The translations under genes and the position numbers were made by a program. From assembly GCA_038228235.1 (NCBI GenBank), contig JBBRPK010000016.1, positions 526-64,525 on the forward strand: a DNA stretch of 64,000 nucleotides, given 5' to 3'. Shown here in pieces: positions 1-9,413 of the stretch. The notes under the pieces were generated by a model that did not search any database, was not told where the DNA came from, and was given only the letters and a program-made list of their open reading frames with translations. The stretch is from Verrucomicrobiota bacterium. GTDB taxonomy: Bacteria > Verrucomicrobiota > Verrucomicrobiia > Limisphaerales > JBBRPK01. Numbering within the stretch: the first letter of the stretch is position 1; each line of letters opens with the position of its first letter.

Positions 1-6
1 TCTTAT

Positions 7-801
7 TCAATACCCGCCGGCGCCAAGTGTGGCTGACTTGGCCTGATCGGCGGCTCCGGCTTTCTCCGCAGCCACGCGCTTTTTGTAATCTTCGAGCATC
101 GCTGCCGTGGCGGTGGCGCCGCAACGGGTGGCTCCCAGATCACGCACCAGAATCAAGCCATCGAGATCGCGCACACCGCCGGCGGCCTTCACCTGCACTT
201 TGGGGGAGCAACTCGACCGCATCAACTTCAGGTCGTGTTCGGTTGCGCCTTGATAGCTGTATTTGCCATCCGGGCCCTTGACGAACCCGTAGCCGGTCGA
301 GGTCTTCACCCAATCAGCCCCAGCGCGCTCAGCAATTTGGCAAAGTTTGCGTTTAAAATCGTCGCCGCTAAGTCCTGCGCCACCGCTGGTCAAATAATCA
401 TTTTCGAAGATCACCTTCACCTTGGCATTATGTTTGTGGGCCTCCTCGCAAACGGCTTTGATGTCACGCTCGACGTAGTCCCAATCTCCGCTGAGGGCCT
501 TGCCAATATTAATCACCATGTCGATTTCATCCGCCCCATCGTTGCAGGCCAGCTCCGTTTCATAGCGCTTCGATTCGGTCAAGCTATTGCCCTGTGGAAA
601 ACCAATCACGCAGCCGACCAGCACGTCGGTGGCTTTGAGCAGTTCCACGGCCCGTCTTACGGCATAGGGTTTGATACAGACAGAGGCGACACTGTATGTC
701 GCAGCCAGCTTGCAGCCTGCTTCCAATTCTTCATCCGTCATGGTGGGATGCAGAAGCGAGTGGTCAATCATCTTAGCCAGCTCCAGGTAGGTGTATTTCA
801 T
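7..801 (-). CDS. deoC: deoxyribose-phosphate aldolase (class I aldolase, DeoC family)
   Basis: 264-aa ORF. MIDHSLLHP near the N-terminus, SVCIKP, GADEIDMVINIG and the Schiff-base lysine context DWVKTSTGY are DeoC hallmarks. Confidence 0.85.
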   Translation of the reverse strand: MKYTYLELAKMIDHSLLHPTMTDEELEAGCKLAATYSVASVCIKPYAVRRAVELLKATDVLVGCVIGFPQGNSLTESKRYETELACNDGADEIDMVINIGKALSGDWDYVERDIKAVCEEAHKHNAKVKVIFENDYLTSGGAGLSGDDFKRKLCQIAERAGADWVKTSTGYGFVKGPDGKYSYQGATEHDLKLMRSSCSPKVQVKAAGGVRDLDGLILVRDLGATRCGATATAAMLEDYKKRVAAEKAGAADQAKSATLGAGGY

Positions 802-809
802 GAAAAATT

Positions 810-1817
810 TTATAGCGTGTTCACCGGGGGCAGTTTCGGGCGTTGCGAAGCGGTTGTCAAACTGCCCTTCGTGCCTGAGGACGTGCGCACTCCAGCGAAA
901 AAAGGCGCCAGCGCATTCCTTGCCAGGCCGAGGGCCCTTTTGCGCCCTTCGAGAGTTTTGCCAAAACTGGCATCTTCGATCTCAATGCACACAGGGCCAT
1001 CGTAACCGATTTCCCACAGCGCGGCCATGAAACGCGGCCAGTCGATGTCGCCAAATCCGGGAATGCGCGGCTTGTGCCATTCCTTGGGGAAGGAGAACCG
1101 GCCCACTTCATTGAGTCGGTCGGTCTGGATGGTCGCATCCTTCGCGTGGAGATGGAACAACTTGTCTTTAAATTCCCGCAAGGCATGCAAGGGATCTATT
1201 TGTTGCAAGAGAAAGTGCGATGGATCGTAATTGAGACCGAAATGTGTCGAAGGGATATCATTGAACATCCGACGCCAGATCGCAGGAGTGGTCGCCAGAT
1301 TTTTCCCGCCCGGCCATTCGTCGCGGCTAAAAAGCATCGGGCAGTTCTCGATCCCCACCTTGATGCCGAGGTCTTCGGCAAAGGCAATGAGCGGTTTCCA
1401 GATTGTGAGAAACCGCGGCCAATTCTCGTCCACCGTCTTGGTCCAATCGCGTCCGATGAAGGTGTTCGTATTGCTTAGTCCCAGTTTATGCGCCGCCTCG
1501 AAGACCTTCTTCAAATGGGCAACTGCTTTTTTGGAAACCGCCGGGTCCGGATCGAGCGGGTTCGGATAATAACTCAGCGCGGTCAGGCTGACGCGGTGTT
1601 TGGCGCAGAGGGCATTGACTTCATCGGCTCCTGTTTGAGTGAAGCCAGCAACGTCAATATGAGTGACGCCGGCAAACTTGCGTTCCGCTTTTCCCAAAGG
1701 CCAGCATGCCACCTCCACGCCGTCGAATTGATGGGCCGCCGCCAACTGCAAAACTTCATGCAGGGACAATTCCGGAAGAAAGGCGCTGAAAAAACCAAGT
1801 GTCATCGTTGAGTTCAT
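810..1817 (-). CDS. sugar phosphate isomerase/epimerase (xylose isomerase-like TIM barrel)
   Basis: 335-aa ORF. FDGVEV, KVGIENCP, HLHAKD and CIEIED stretches fit the xylose-isomerase-like barrel. It lies 8 bp from deoC on the same strand. Confidence 0.7.
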   Translation of the reverse strand: MNSTMTLGFFSAFLPELSLHEVLQLAAAHQFDGVEVACWPLGKAERKFAGVTHIDVAGFTQTGADEVNALCAKHRVSLTALSYYPNPLDPDPAVSKKAVAHLKKVFEAAHKLGLSNTNTFIGRDWTKTVDENWPRFLTIWKPLIAFAEDLGIKVGIENCPMLFSRDEWPGGKNLATTPAIWRRMFNDIPSTHFGLNYDPSHFLLQQIDPLHALREFKDKLFHLHAKDATIQTDRLNEVGRFSFPKEWHKPRIPGFGDIDWPRFMAALWEIGYDGPVCIEIEDASFGKTLEGRKRALGLARNALAPFFAGVRTSSGTKGSLTTASQRPKLPPVNTL

Positions 1818-1826
1818 GCCGCACGG

Positions 1827-3008
1827 TCATGCGTTTGCCGGAGGATGGTCGGTGCCTTGCACAGGCGTCCAGGCTTTGGCCTGATGACTTTTGAGGATAG
1901 CCTCGCACACGGCGACCTCGCCATGCCCGTCCTCGGCAGTGGCGAACAGGCCCTCGCCCTTGCCACCGGAGATGATCCTTCCGTAAACGGCGCGAAAAAG
2001 CATCTTGAACGTATCTGGAAAACCCTCGACATGTCCGGGGGGATAATCCATGAATCCCGCAGCGCCATCGCCAAATGCAGGCGTAGCGCGCACGATTACT
2101 TCGTTGGCGGTATCCCGATTGCCCAAACGAAGGAACTCCGGTTCCTCCGAACACCACGAGGCAGATTTCTTCGACCCGTAAATTTCCAACCGGATGCAAT
2201 TCTTGCGTCCGGCAGCGACCTGCGACACGCTCAGGTTTCCACGCGCTCCATTGCTAAAGTGCAGCAGCACGCTCGCGAAGTCCTCTGTTTCCACCGGATA
2301 AGAAATAAGGCTCATGCCGCCAGTGGCTTTGGAAAAAGTCTCCATCTCACCAGTTGGGCGCTGACGCGTTTTGTGCCAGGTGGCCAAATCGGCAAACACA
2401 GAGGTAATTTTGGCTCCCAGCACAAAAGACACAGTGTCCATCCAGTGTGTCCCGATGTCCGCCACTGCGCGCAGCTTGCCGCCCTCTTGGGGGAGCAGAC
2501 GCCAATTATAATCGGTGTCCCTGAAAAGCCAGTCTTGCAGATAAGAGCCGTTGACGTTGATGATCTCGCCGAGTTCGCCAAGCGCCACCAGTTTCCTAAG
2601 CTGCAGGACGGCGGGATAAAAACGAACATTATAGTTCACCGCAAACACCGTCCCACTCCCTTTCTCCAAGGCCAGGATTTGCGCGCTTTCCATACTATTC
2701 ATGGCCAGCGGTTTCTCGCAGACGCAGTGTTTGCCGGCCTGAAGGGCGGCCAGGGACATTTCACAGTGAAAGCGATTGGGCGCGGCGATATGGACGACGT
2801 CCACGTCGGGTGAACGCAACATTTCCCGATAATCGCTGAAGGCTTGAGGGATGCCATGTTTTGTGGCCGCCGCCTGGACCGATTTGGCAACCTCGCAAAG
2901 CGCGATCACCTGGACACCCAGGCGGCGCAGCGCTTCGATGTGGACGGGACCGATGAATCCGGTGCCGATGACGCCGGCCCGGAGTTGATTAATCTGTGTG
3001 TGTGACAT
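1827..3008 (-). CDS. Gfo/Idh/MocA family oxidoreductase
   Basis: 393 aa. N-terminal Rossmann GVIGTGFIGPVH and a CEKPLA motif. It lies 9 bp upstream of the isomerase gene. Confidence 0.85.
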   Translation of the reverse strand: MSHTQINQLRAGVIGTGFIGPVHIEALRRLGVQVIALCEVAKSVQAAATKHGIPQAFSDYREMLRSPDVDVVHIAAPNRFHCEMSLAALQAGKHCVCEKPLAMNSMESAQILALEKGSGTVFAVNYNVRFYPAVLQLRKLVALGELGEIINVNGSYLQDWLFRDTDYNWRLLPQEGGKLRAVADIGTHWMDTVSFVLGAKITSVFADLATWHKTRQRPTGEMETFSKATGGMSLISYPVETEDFASVLLHFSNGARGNLSVSQVAAGRKNCIRLEIYGSKKSASWCSEEPEFLRLGNRDTANEVIVRATPAFGDGAAGFMDYPPGHVEGFPDTFKMLFRAVYGRIISGGKGEGLFATAEDGHGEVAVCEAILKSHQAKAWTPVQGTDHPPANA

Positions 3009-3119
3009 TGAGGAAGGCAGTGGCGATTGGCCATGTTTGCTCGAGCGCGTCGAGGTCAGCGCGGCCCTGGAGTTCCATGGCGCGTGATTCGGTGAGTGAG
3101 GAATTGACTCTCGGCATAC

Positions 3120-4580
3120 TCATTCTCTCTGGAAGTCGATGAAACCTTCGGCCACGTCCACGGAGGTTAACCGCACTCGCACCTTATCACCGACGTCGAT
3201 TCCTTGCGTTCCGCGGATAACACGGCCTTCGGCAGGGAATTGGAGCAGGCGGACATAGGTGCCTTTGGGCGATACCCCCGTGATGATACCATCGAAAACC
3301 TCGTTGATGCGCTGGCTCAGCAAGCTGGCGGCGACTACTTTTCGCATCAGGCGTTCTACTTTCCGAGCGGCATCCTCCCGTTCGGTAGAATGGGCGGCGA
3401 TTCCACTCAATTCGGTTTCCGAGTATGGCGCGGAGGCGCCTTCAATGAGCGCTTTGAGCAAACGTTGAGTTATCAGATCGGCGTATCGGCGATTAGGCGC
3501 GGTGGAATGAGTATAGTCCTGCACGGCCAATCCAAAATGCCCTTCGTGTTCTGCGCCAGGAGGTTCGACAATATATTCTCCGGGACCGAGCAGTTTTACG
3601 ATCGACAACGAGAGGTCCGGAAAATGGGCGGGATCGGCAGCCTTGCGCTGCTCCAGAAATTCAGCCAGCGCCCGAGGATCAGGCAAGGTTGGAAGTTGGA
3701 CGCCGAGGCTGGAAGCAATGGCTTGAATGCGGTCCCAACGCTTTGGAGTCCTGACTACCCGCCGAATCGAGAGCGAACCTTTTTCTTTGAGGTATTGCGC
3801 CATGGCCACATTGGCGGCTACCATGAAGCTTTCAATGATGTCTTCGGCCACGTTGTGCTGATTGACCCTCAAGTCCTTCACCTCACCATTTTCGACGACT
3901 GGCGTCGCTTCGATGGACCCGAAGGTGAGCGCTCCGTGCTGCTTGCGAATCCCACGCAGGTTTTCCGAGGTTTCCAATTGCAACCGGAGCTGGGCTTCCA
4001 TTCCCGGCGCGCTCGCGACGGCTGGCGGCATGGGACCGCGTCCTTCAAGCCAGGCGCCCGTTGAACTGTAGGCCAATTTCGCCCGATTGCGAAGCAGAGC
4101 GGGATAGACTTCGTGACAGCTCACCTCCCCCGATTCGAGGATGCGCAACTCGATGATAATGGAAAGCCGGTCTTGCCCATCCAACAAGGAAGTCAGATCG
4201 GTGGAAAGGTCCGCCGGCAGCATGGGAAAAATCGTCACGCCCGTATAAACAGAAGTGCTCTCGGCGGCAGCGTAGCGATCGGCAGCGGAGCCTTTGGGGA
4301 CGAGTGAATCCACATCGGCAATTCCGACTAACAAACGCACAGCGCCATCGGCCAGCTTTTCGACATATTCGACCTGGTCCAAATCCCTCGAGCTGTCGTT
4401 GTCAATAGAGGACCAGAGCAGTGGGCGCAAATCACGAACCGACGTTCCTGCGTTTCGAGACGGTGCTTGTTTCAAGCGCCGCGCTTCATCGGCGACCTCG
4501 GCTGGAAATTCCGGCTGGAATCCCGCTTCCACTATAGCCTGGCGCGCGCGCGTTTTAAGATCGAAAGAGCCGATTGTCAT
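3120..4580 (-). CDS. RNB-domain exoribonuclease (RNase II/R family) with C-terminal S1-like domain
   Basis: 486 aa. RNB motif HFGLAVQDYTHSTAPNRRYADLITQR. C-terminal OB/S1-like FDGIITGVSPKGTYVRLLQFPAEGRV. Confidence 0.8.
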   Translation of the reverse strand: MTIGSFDLKTRARQAIVEAGFQPEFPAEVADEARRLKQAPSRNAGTSVRDLRPLLWSSIDNDSSRDLDQVEYVEKLADGAVRLLVGIADVDSLVPKGSAADRYAAAESTSVYTGVTIFPMLPADLSTDLTSLLDGQDRLSIIIELRILESGEVSCHEVYPALLRNRAKLAYSSTGAWLEGRGPMPPAVASAPGMEAQLRLQLETSENLRGIRKQHGALTFGSIEATPVVENGEVKDLRVNQHNVAEDIIESFMVAANVAMAQYLKEKGSLSIRRVVRTPKRWDRIQAIASSLGVQLPTLPDPRALAEFLEQRKAADPAHFPDLSLSIVKLLGPGEYIVEPPGAEHEGHFGLAVQDYTHSTAPNRRYADLITQRLLKALIEGASAPYSETELSGIAAHSTEREDAARKVERLMRKVVAASLLSQRINEVFDGIITGVSPKGTYVRLLQFPAEGRVIRGTQGIDVGDKVRVRLTSVDVAEGFIDFQRE

Positions 4581-5725
4581 AATTCCCTTATATAGAGATT
4601 CATAAACTCGACCGCTCCACCCGGATCGCGGAGGCCCAAAGCGCCGCGGGAGGGGATGTTGGGCGGAAGCTCTATCGCTTGTATTTCCTGGCCATTTCGT
4701 TTGATCACCACTTTCTGTCCTTGCATCGTGATGTTAAAACGCTGGTAACCACCCGGAGTCGAAGCTTTAAGTTTTATGGCCGGCCCATCCGGGCCGCGCA
4801 CGCTCAACTCTGGGGCGAAGACATCACTACCCGGCGCGAATTTGGCTGAACGGCAGTCCAAGATCAACTCGGCGTCCCCGAATTCCTTCTCGGTCCACAG
4901 CGTGGCTTCGGCCTGTTCCTCACCCTCTTGCAGAAGGAGGTGTTCGCCTTTGGCGCGCCAGCGAGCGGTCGTGGAAGCGTTAGTTTTCCAACCGCGGAGA
5001 TCCAGGCCGGTAAAGAGGGTACGCCAGCCCAGATCCAAAGGCGCAGTCAACCCGCTGGGCGCATTGCTGGAGGGAAGTTCCTGGATGCGGATGTTGCGAA
5101 AATCCGCCGGCGCGCCCTCGGATTCCAAGCCCACGTAACCTTTTCGATAATTGCAATCCTCGCCGCCCGAGACCTCCTTGCCGTTGACGTGGAGACGGAT
5201 GACGCCATTGCTGCAAACGACGCGGTAGTGGTTCCATTCCGGAGAGCCTTTGCTTCGGTCCTCGGAGGGAAAACTGCGCATGCCATTATGGCGCCCGAAC
5301 GGTTTCATCTCCGCGCCGTGGATGGGGAAGACATCCCCGTGGGTGGTGTACCACTCGTTCTTGCCTTTTACGTCGAAGCCGTGATCGAGCACCTGCACTT
5401 CGATGCCACGCAGGAACGGCACGCCGGGCGCAGCGAGAGGGGAAGCCCAGATGAATACCCCGGAATTGCCGCCCTTGCTCAAGTGTCGCCATTCGAGTTC
5501 CAGAATAAAATTCTCGTATTGGCGCGGGGTGCGCAACGCTCCGGTGGGCAAGCCGGTGCAATGAATCAAGCCATCGCGCACGCTCCATGTCTCGGGCGCG
5601 CAATTGACGTTCACCCAGCCAGTCAAATCGCGTCCATTAAAAAGCGAGACGAACCCATCCCCATCAGCCGCCAATGCAGGCCCCGTTGTCAGCCCCAACA
5701 AAAGAACCACGCGCAATAGTTTCAT
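4577..5725 (-). CDS. secreted protein with two DUF1080 (3-keto-disaccharide hydrolase-like) domains
   Basis: Start taken at the internal ATG at 5725, which gives the signal peptide MKLLRVVLLLGLTTGPALAADG. Two repeats of the DUF1080 pattern (FVSLFNGRDLTGW...GNSGVF...EVQVLD and WRTLFTGLDLRGWK...). The stop overlaps the RNB start (ATGA). Confidence 0.75.
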   Translation of the reverse strand: MKLLRVVLLLGLTTGPALAADGDGFVSLFNGRDLTGWVNVNCAPETWSVRDGLIHCTGLPTGALRTPRQYENFILELEWRHLSKGGNSGVFIWASPLAAPGVPFLRGIEVQVLDHGFDVKGKNEWYTTHGDVFPIHGAEMKPFGRHNGMRSFPSEDRSKGSPEWNHYRVVCSNGVIRLHVNGKEVSGGEDCNYRKGYVGLESEGAPADFRNIRIQELPSSNAPSGLTAPLDLGWRTLFTGLDLRGWKTNASTTARWRAKGEHLLLQEGEEQAEATLWTEKEFGDAELILDCRSAKFAPGSDVFAPELSVRGPDGPAIKLKASTPGGYQRFNITMQGQKVVIKRNGQEIQAIELPPNIPSRGALGLRDPGGAVEFMNLYIREL

Positions 5726-5841
5726 GGCGGGACAATGCCACGCGACCGCAAAAAGAGCACGCCTAAAGGCTGGGACTGGAATAAAATAGATAATGATGTA
5801 TATTGAGAGGGATGAACCACGTCCGAACACAACCAACTAAA

Positions 5842-6060
5842 ATGGCTGCTCCCCTGGAAGAGGGGCAAATCTGGCTATTGAGGGACCAAAAGCTGGAGGT
5901 GAAGCACGTGGGGAAGTACCTCGTCGAGTTTCTGTTGACGAAAAAGGAAGTGCACCGCGCCGTTCAAAGACACATCCGGGTTGCCAAACAATTGGAATCG
6001 ATTAGAACGGTTTTAAAATTTCTCCACTCCCACAAGGCAGTTCTGCGCCGTCCGCGTTAG
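5842..6060 (+). CDS. small hypothetical protein (72 aa), member of a two-copy family in this window
   Basis: Start taken at the ATG at 5842 inside ORF 5803..6060. The segment PLEEGQIWLLRDQKLEVKHVGKYLVEF is 17/27 identical to a second small ORF at 62657..62812. Confidence 0.45.
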   Translation: MAAPLEEGQIWLLRDQKLEVKHVGKYLVEFLLTKKEVHRAVQRHIRVAKQLESIRTVLKFLHSHKAVLRRPR

Positions 6061-6090
6061 CTGTTTCCCTTTTTAGAGGGAAGGCCGGCG

Positions 6091-7467
6091 TTATCCCACC
6101 TTGGGGCTATTCTGAAACACACACTGCACCAGTCCGAAAGCCTGATCGAGGCGCTTCAGGACTCGCTCTTTGCCCAGGACTTCCATCAAGTGATAAAGGC
6201 TGGGTCCGATAGTCCTGCCGGTGCAGGCCAGGCGAGTCGGATGAACCAGCATCCCCGGTTTGATGCCTAGTTCTGCGGCCAGGGTTTGAAGGGTGATGCC
6301 GAGGGAGTCGGCGTCAAAGGAGGTGAGCCTGGCGAGGGCCTCCCGCAATTTGAGCAGGCGCGGCATGTTCTCTGGCGAGAAGTCTTTCTGGATGATTGCG
6401 GGATCGAGCGCCACCTGTTCTTTAAAATAAAAATCAGTAAACTGCGGGACGTCCGTGAAAAGTTTTACTTTCTCCTTACAGGTATCCAGGGCAGCTTTTA
6501 CGTACTCGACCGGGCTTTGTTGCGTTTCAATGCCGGCCTTCGCCAATGCGCGAATGGCCAGTTCATAAAACCGATCTGGACTCATCTCCCGGATATATTC
6601 CGTGTTGAGCCAACGCAGCTTGGTTAAATCAAATCGGGCATTGTGCCGCAGAATCTGGGGCAGATCGAACAGTTCCATGACTTCCGGCCGCGAAATTTTT
6701 TCCCGATTCCCCTTGGGCGACCAGCCAAGCAGACACAGGTAATTTACCACCGCTTCGGGCACGTAGCTTTCCTCGATGTAAGTGTTCAGCGAGGCTCCCT
6801 GGTCGCGCTTGCTCATCTTGGCGCCGTCGGGAGTGAGGATGAGAGGGATATGGGCGTATTTGGGCGGGTCCACCCCAAAGGCACGAAAAAGCGCGATATG
6901 TTTGGGCGTATTGCTCAGATGATCTTCCCCTCGAATCACATGGGTAATCCCCATTTCCAGATCATCCACGACATTGACCAAGTGGAACACAGGCTGGCCA
7001 TCGGAACGGACAATGACGAAATCCGGGTCTAGTTGCTCGCGATCCGTTAGTTCCCGTGTGACGCTGCCTACTACTAAATCGGGAACGACAATCGGTTCCC
7101 GAGGCATCTTAAACTTGACCGCGCCCTCATGCTCGTACGCGAGGCCGCGCGCGAGGAGGGCCTCGACTCTCCGGCTGTAGTTTTCCTTTCGTTGACTCTG
7201 GAAATAGGGACCGGAATCTCCTCGGCTGGGATCTGTGGCGTTCCCGGTAATTGGCCCTTCGTCCCAGTCCAATCCGAGCCAGCGCATTCCCTGAAGGATG
7301 ACCTCGACGGCCTCCTGACTGTTCCGGGCCACATCTGTGTCTTCGATGCGGAGAATAAAAGTGCCACCGGTATGGCGCGCATAGAGCCAGTTGAACAACG
7401 CCGTGCGGGCGCCACCAATGTGCAAGAACCCGGTAGGACTCGGTGCGAAGCGTACTCGGACTTTCAT
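6091..7467 (-). CDS. gltX: glutamate--tRNA ligase
   Basis: Start at MKVRVRFAPSPTGFLHIGGARTALFNW (HIGH motif) and a KMSKR (KMSKS) motif. The upstream 50 codons of the tracked ORF run through a palindromic repeat and are unlikely to be coding. Confidence 0.9.
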   Translation of the reverse strand: MKVRVRFAPSPTGFLHIGGARTALFNWLYARHTGGTFILRIEDTDVARNSQEAVEVILQGMRWLGLDWDEGPITGNATDPSRGDSGPYFQSQRKENYSRRVEALLARGLAYEHEGAVKFKMPREPIVVPDLVVGSVTRELTDREQLDPDFVIVRSDGQPVFHLVNVVDDLEMGITHVIRGEDHLSNTPKHIALFRAFGVDPPKYAHIPLILTPDGAKMSKRDQGASLNTYIEESYVPEAVVNYLCLLGWSPKGNREKISRPEVMELFDLPQILRHNARFDLTKLRWLNTEYIREMSPDRFYELAIRALAKAGIETQQSPVEYVKAALDTCKEKVKLFTDVPQFTDFYFKEQVALDPAIIQKDFSPENMPRLLKLREALARLTSFDADSLGITLQTLAAELGIKPGMLVHPTRLACTGRTIGPSLYHLMEVLGKERVLKRLDQAFGLVQCVFQNSPKVG

Positions 7468-7526
7468 ACCGTAGGCGCGGTGAGACCAGTTAAACAGAAG
7501 GTATGTGTTTAGCGCCGTCGTGCGCG

Positions 7527-7650
7527 CCTTCTCTCCCATCGGATGGGAGAGGGCTGGGGGGAGGGTCGGCATTCTCGCATTGCGAGCGAATCGACGGTTC
7601 TGAAGAAAACCCCTCACCAGGACCCTCTCCCATCCGATGGGAGAGGGAGA
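7527..7650. repeat. nested palindromic (REP-like) intergenic element with two CTCTCCCA-N5-TGGGAGAG hairpins
   Basis: Hairpin 1: ctctccca tcgga tgggagag (7531-7551). Hairpin 2: ccctctccca tccga tgggagaggg (7623-7647, 10-bp perfect stem). Central palindrome ctcgcattgcgag (7574-7586). The two halves are an imperfect inverted repeat of each other. Confidence 0.6.
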
Positions 7651-7841
7651 GCCGCCAACTGCGCGCCGCTAAATCCATCCCAACTCTCAAGCCGCAGGCG
7701 TTTTGGCCTTGGCCTTCGTCTTTACCAACTGTTTCTTGCGCTTTAAATACCGGGCGCGGCGTGTGCGCTTCTCGACTTTGTTGCTTTGCATGCCCATAAA
7801 GTGTCTTTACTTTGACAACCTGTTTCGGTTGGTTAGGCACT

Positions 7842-8390
7842 ATGACGATTCGAGGCGCTCGACTCAACACCTATTTATTTTTGCTCCTGGGGATTGCCCT
7901 GGGGTCTGGATGTCAAAGCGACAAAAACCAAAAGAAAGCGCCAAAGAAGGGATACAACCTCTTGCGCCTCCACATCGAGGTCAATCCTGATGGGGCTGAC
8001 AAAAGCACCCTGGTCAGCGTCGGGAGGCATGCTTCCTTTCCGGTCAATATCACGACGGCAGCTTTTGTCGATGAGGGGCATCTGACCAAAGTGAGTTTGT
8101 TCGAAGATGCGGTGGGAGGGTTTAAAATCATGCTCCAGCTTAATCGTCAGGGCGCTTGGCTGTTGGAACAATACACCGTATCCAACAAGGGTCGCCGGAT
8201 CGTCGTTTCCGCAGAGTTGGAGGGGCTTCGTTGGGTGGCCGCGCCGCTCATCACCAAACGCATCACTGACGGTATATTCACGTTCACCCCCGACGCCACC
8301 CGCGAGGAATCGGAAAAGCTCGTTCTAGGTCTGAACCACACAATCAAAAAGCTGCGCAGTAGAAACACATTCAACGATCCGGAACCCTGA
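7842..8390 (+). CDS. hypothetical lipoprotein
   Basis: ATG at 7842 gives MTIRGARLNTYLFLLLGIALGSGC with the lipobox LGSGC. No recognisable catalytic motif. The stop overlaps the next start (TGATG). Confidence 0.6.
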   Translation: MTIRGARLNTYLFLLLGIALGSGCQSDKNQKKAPKKGYNLLRLHIEVNPDGADKSTLVSVGRHASFPVNITTAAFVDEGHLTKVSLFEDAVGGFKIMLQLNRQGAWLLEQYTVSNKGRRIVVSAELEGLRWVAAPLITKRITDGIFTFTPDATREESEKLVLGLNHTIKKLRSRNTFNDPEP

Positions 8391-9391
8391 TGAGGGGCCT
8401 AATCGTTATTCTCTGTTTGACAACCATGGTGGGGGCCTTTGCGGAGCCTTTTCATTTGCCTACTGCCAATCGGGCGTTGTTTGAGCGAGGCCACGAGGAA
8501 AAATTCTTTGTGGGCACGGCAGGCAAACCCTGGACGAGCGGCGCGTTCGGCTGCGTAAGGACGGAAGGATGGCAAATGCATGAGGGCTTGGACATCCGAT
8601 GCCTTCAACGCGACCACCGCGGGGAGCCGATCGATCCGGTCCTTGCCACGGCGGAGGGGGCCGTAGCCTATATCAACACTCACCCCGGCTTGTCCAATTA
8701 TGGCAACTATATTGTGCTTCGCCATCAAATCGAAGGCCTGGAGATTTTTTCACTTTACGCCCATTTGCGGGAAGTCCGGGCCGGACTAAAAATTGGGCAG
8801 GCCATCAAAACGGGCGAGCAAATTGCGGTGATGGGGCGCACTTCCAATACCCGCCAGGCCATCTCTCGAGACCGTGCTCACGTTCATTTCGAATTGAACT
8901 TTCTGGTCAACGAACGTTTTGCCGATTGGCACAGATCAACGCGGCCAACCGAGCGGAACGACCACGGCGAATGGAACGGGCAAAATCTGGTCGGCATCGA
9001 TCCGCTGGTTGTCCTGCTGGGGCAGCAGGCCCAGGGGAGTAAATTCAGCTTGCTGGATTTTGTCCGTCATCAAACTGAGCTTTGCCGCGTCCTCATCCGC
9101 GGCTCAAAATTCTCCTGGGTGAAGCGCTATCCCCAGTTGATGGTCCCGAACCCTCGCGTGGAGAAAGAAGGCACCGCTGGTTATGAAATCGTGTTAAACT
9201 TCAATGGCGTGGCTTTCCAAACAACGCCGCGCACCCCGGCCGAAATGAGCAGCAAGACTCCCTTTCAATTGCTTTCGGTCAATGAGACCGAGCAACAGAA
9301 AAATCCCTGCCGCCGGCTCGTAGCCCGCCGGGGTCAACACTGGGAACTGACCGGCCACGGATTGCAATTGCTTGAGCTCTTGAGGTATTGA
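8390..9391 (+). CDS. M23 family metallopeptidase
   Basis: 333 aa. HEGLDI, GNYIVLRH, SLYAHL and RAHVHFE match the HxxxD / HxH zinc-site pattern of M23 (LytM-type) peptidases. N-terminal signal peptide. Confidence 0.8.
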   Translation: MRGLIVILCLTTMVGAFAEPFHLPTANRALFERGHEEKFFVGTAGKPWTSGAFGCVRTEGWQMHEGLDIRCLQRDHRGEPIDPVLATAEGAVAYINTHPGLSNYGNYIVLRHQIEGLEIFSLYAHLREVRAGLKIGQAIKTGEQIAVMGRTSNTRQAISRDRAHVHFELNFLVNERFADWHRSTRPTERNDHGEWNGQNLVGIDPLVVLLGQQAQGSKFSLLDFVRHQTELCRVLIRGSKFSWVKRYPQLMVPNPRVEKEGTAGYEIVLNFNGVAFQTTPRTPAEMSSKTPFQLLSVNETEQQKNPCRRLVARRGQHWELTGHGLQLLELLRY

Positions 9392-9413
9392 GGAATGGAT
9401 TGCTCTCATTGGG

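Noticed and set aside
7468-7617. N-terminal 50-codon extension of gltX given by the ORF track
   Set aside because: The extension reads through the palindromic repeat (SHPMGEK-type pseudo-peptide). The conserved GltX N-terminus begins at MKVRVRFAPSPTG (ATG 7467).
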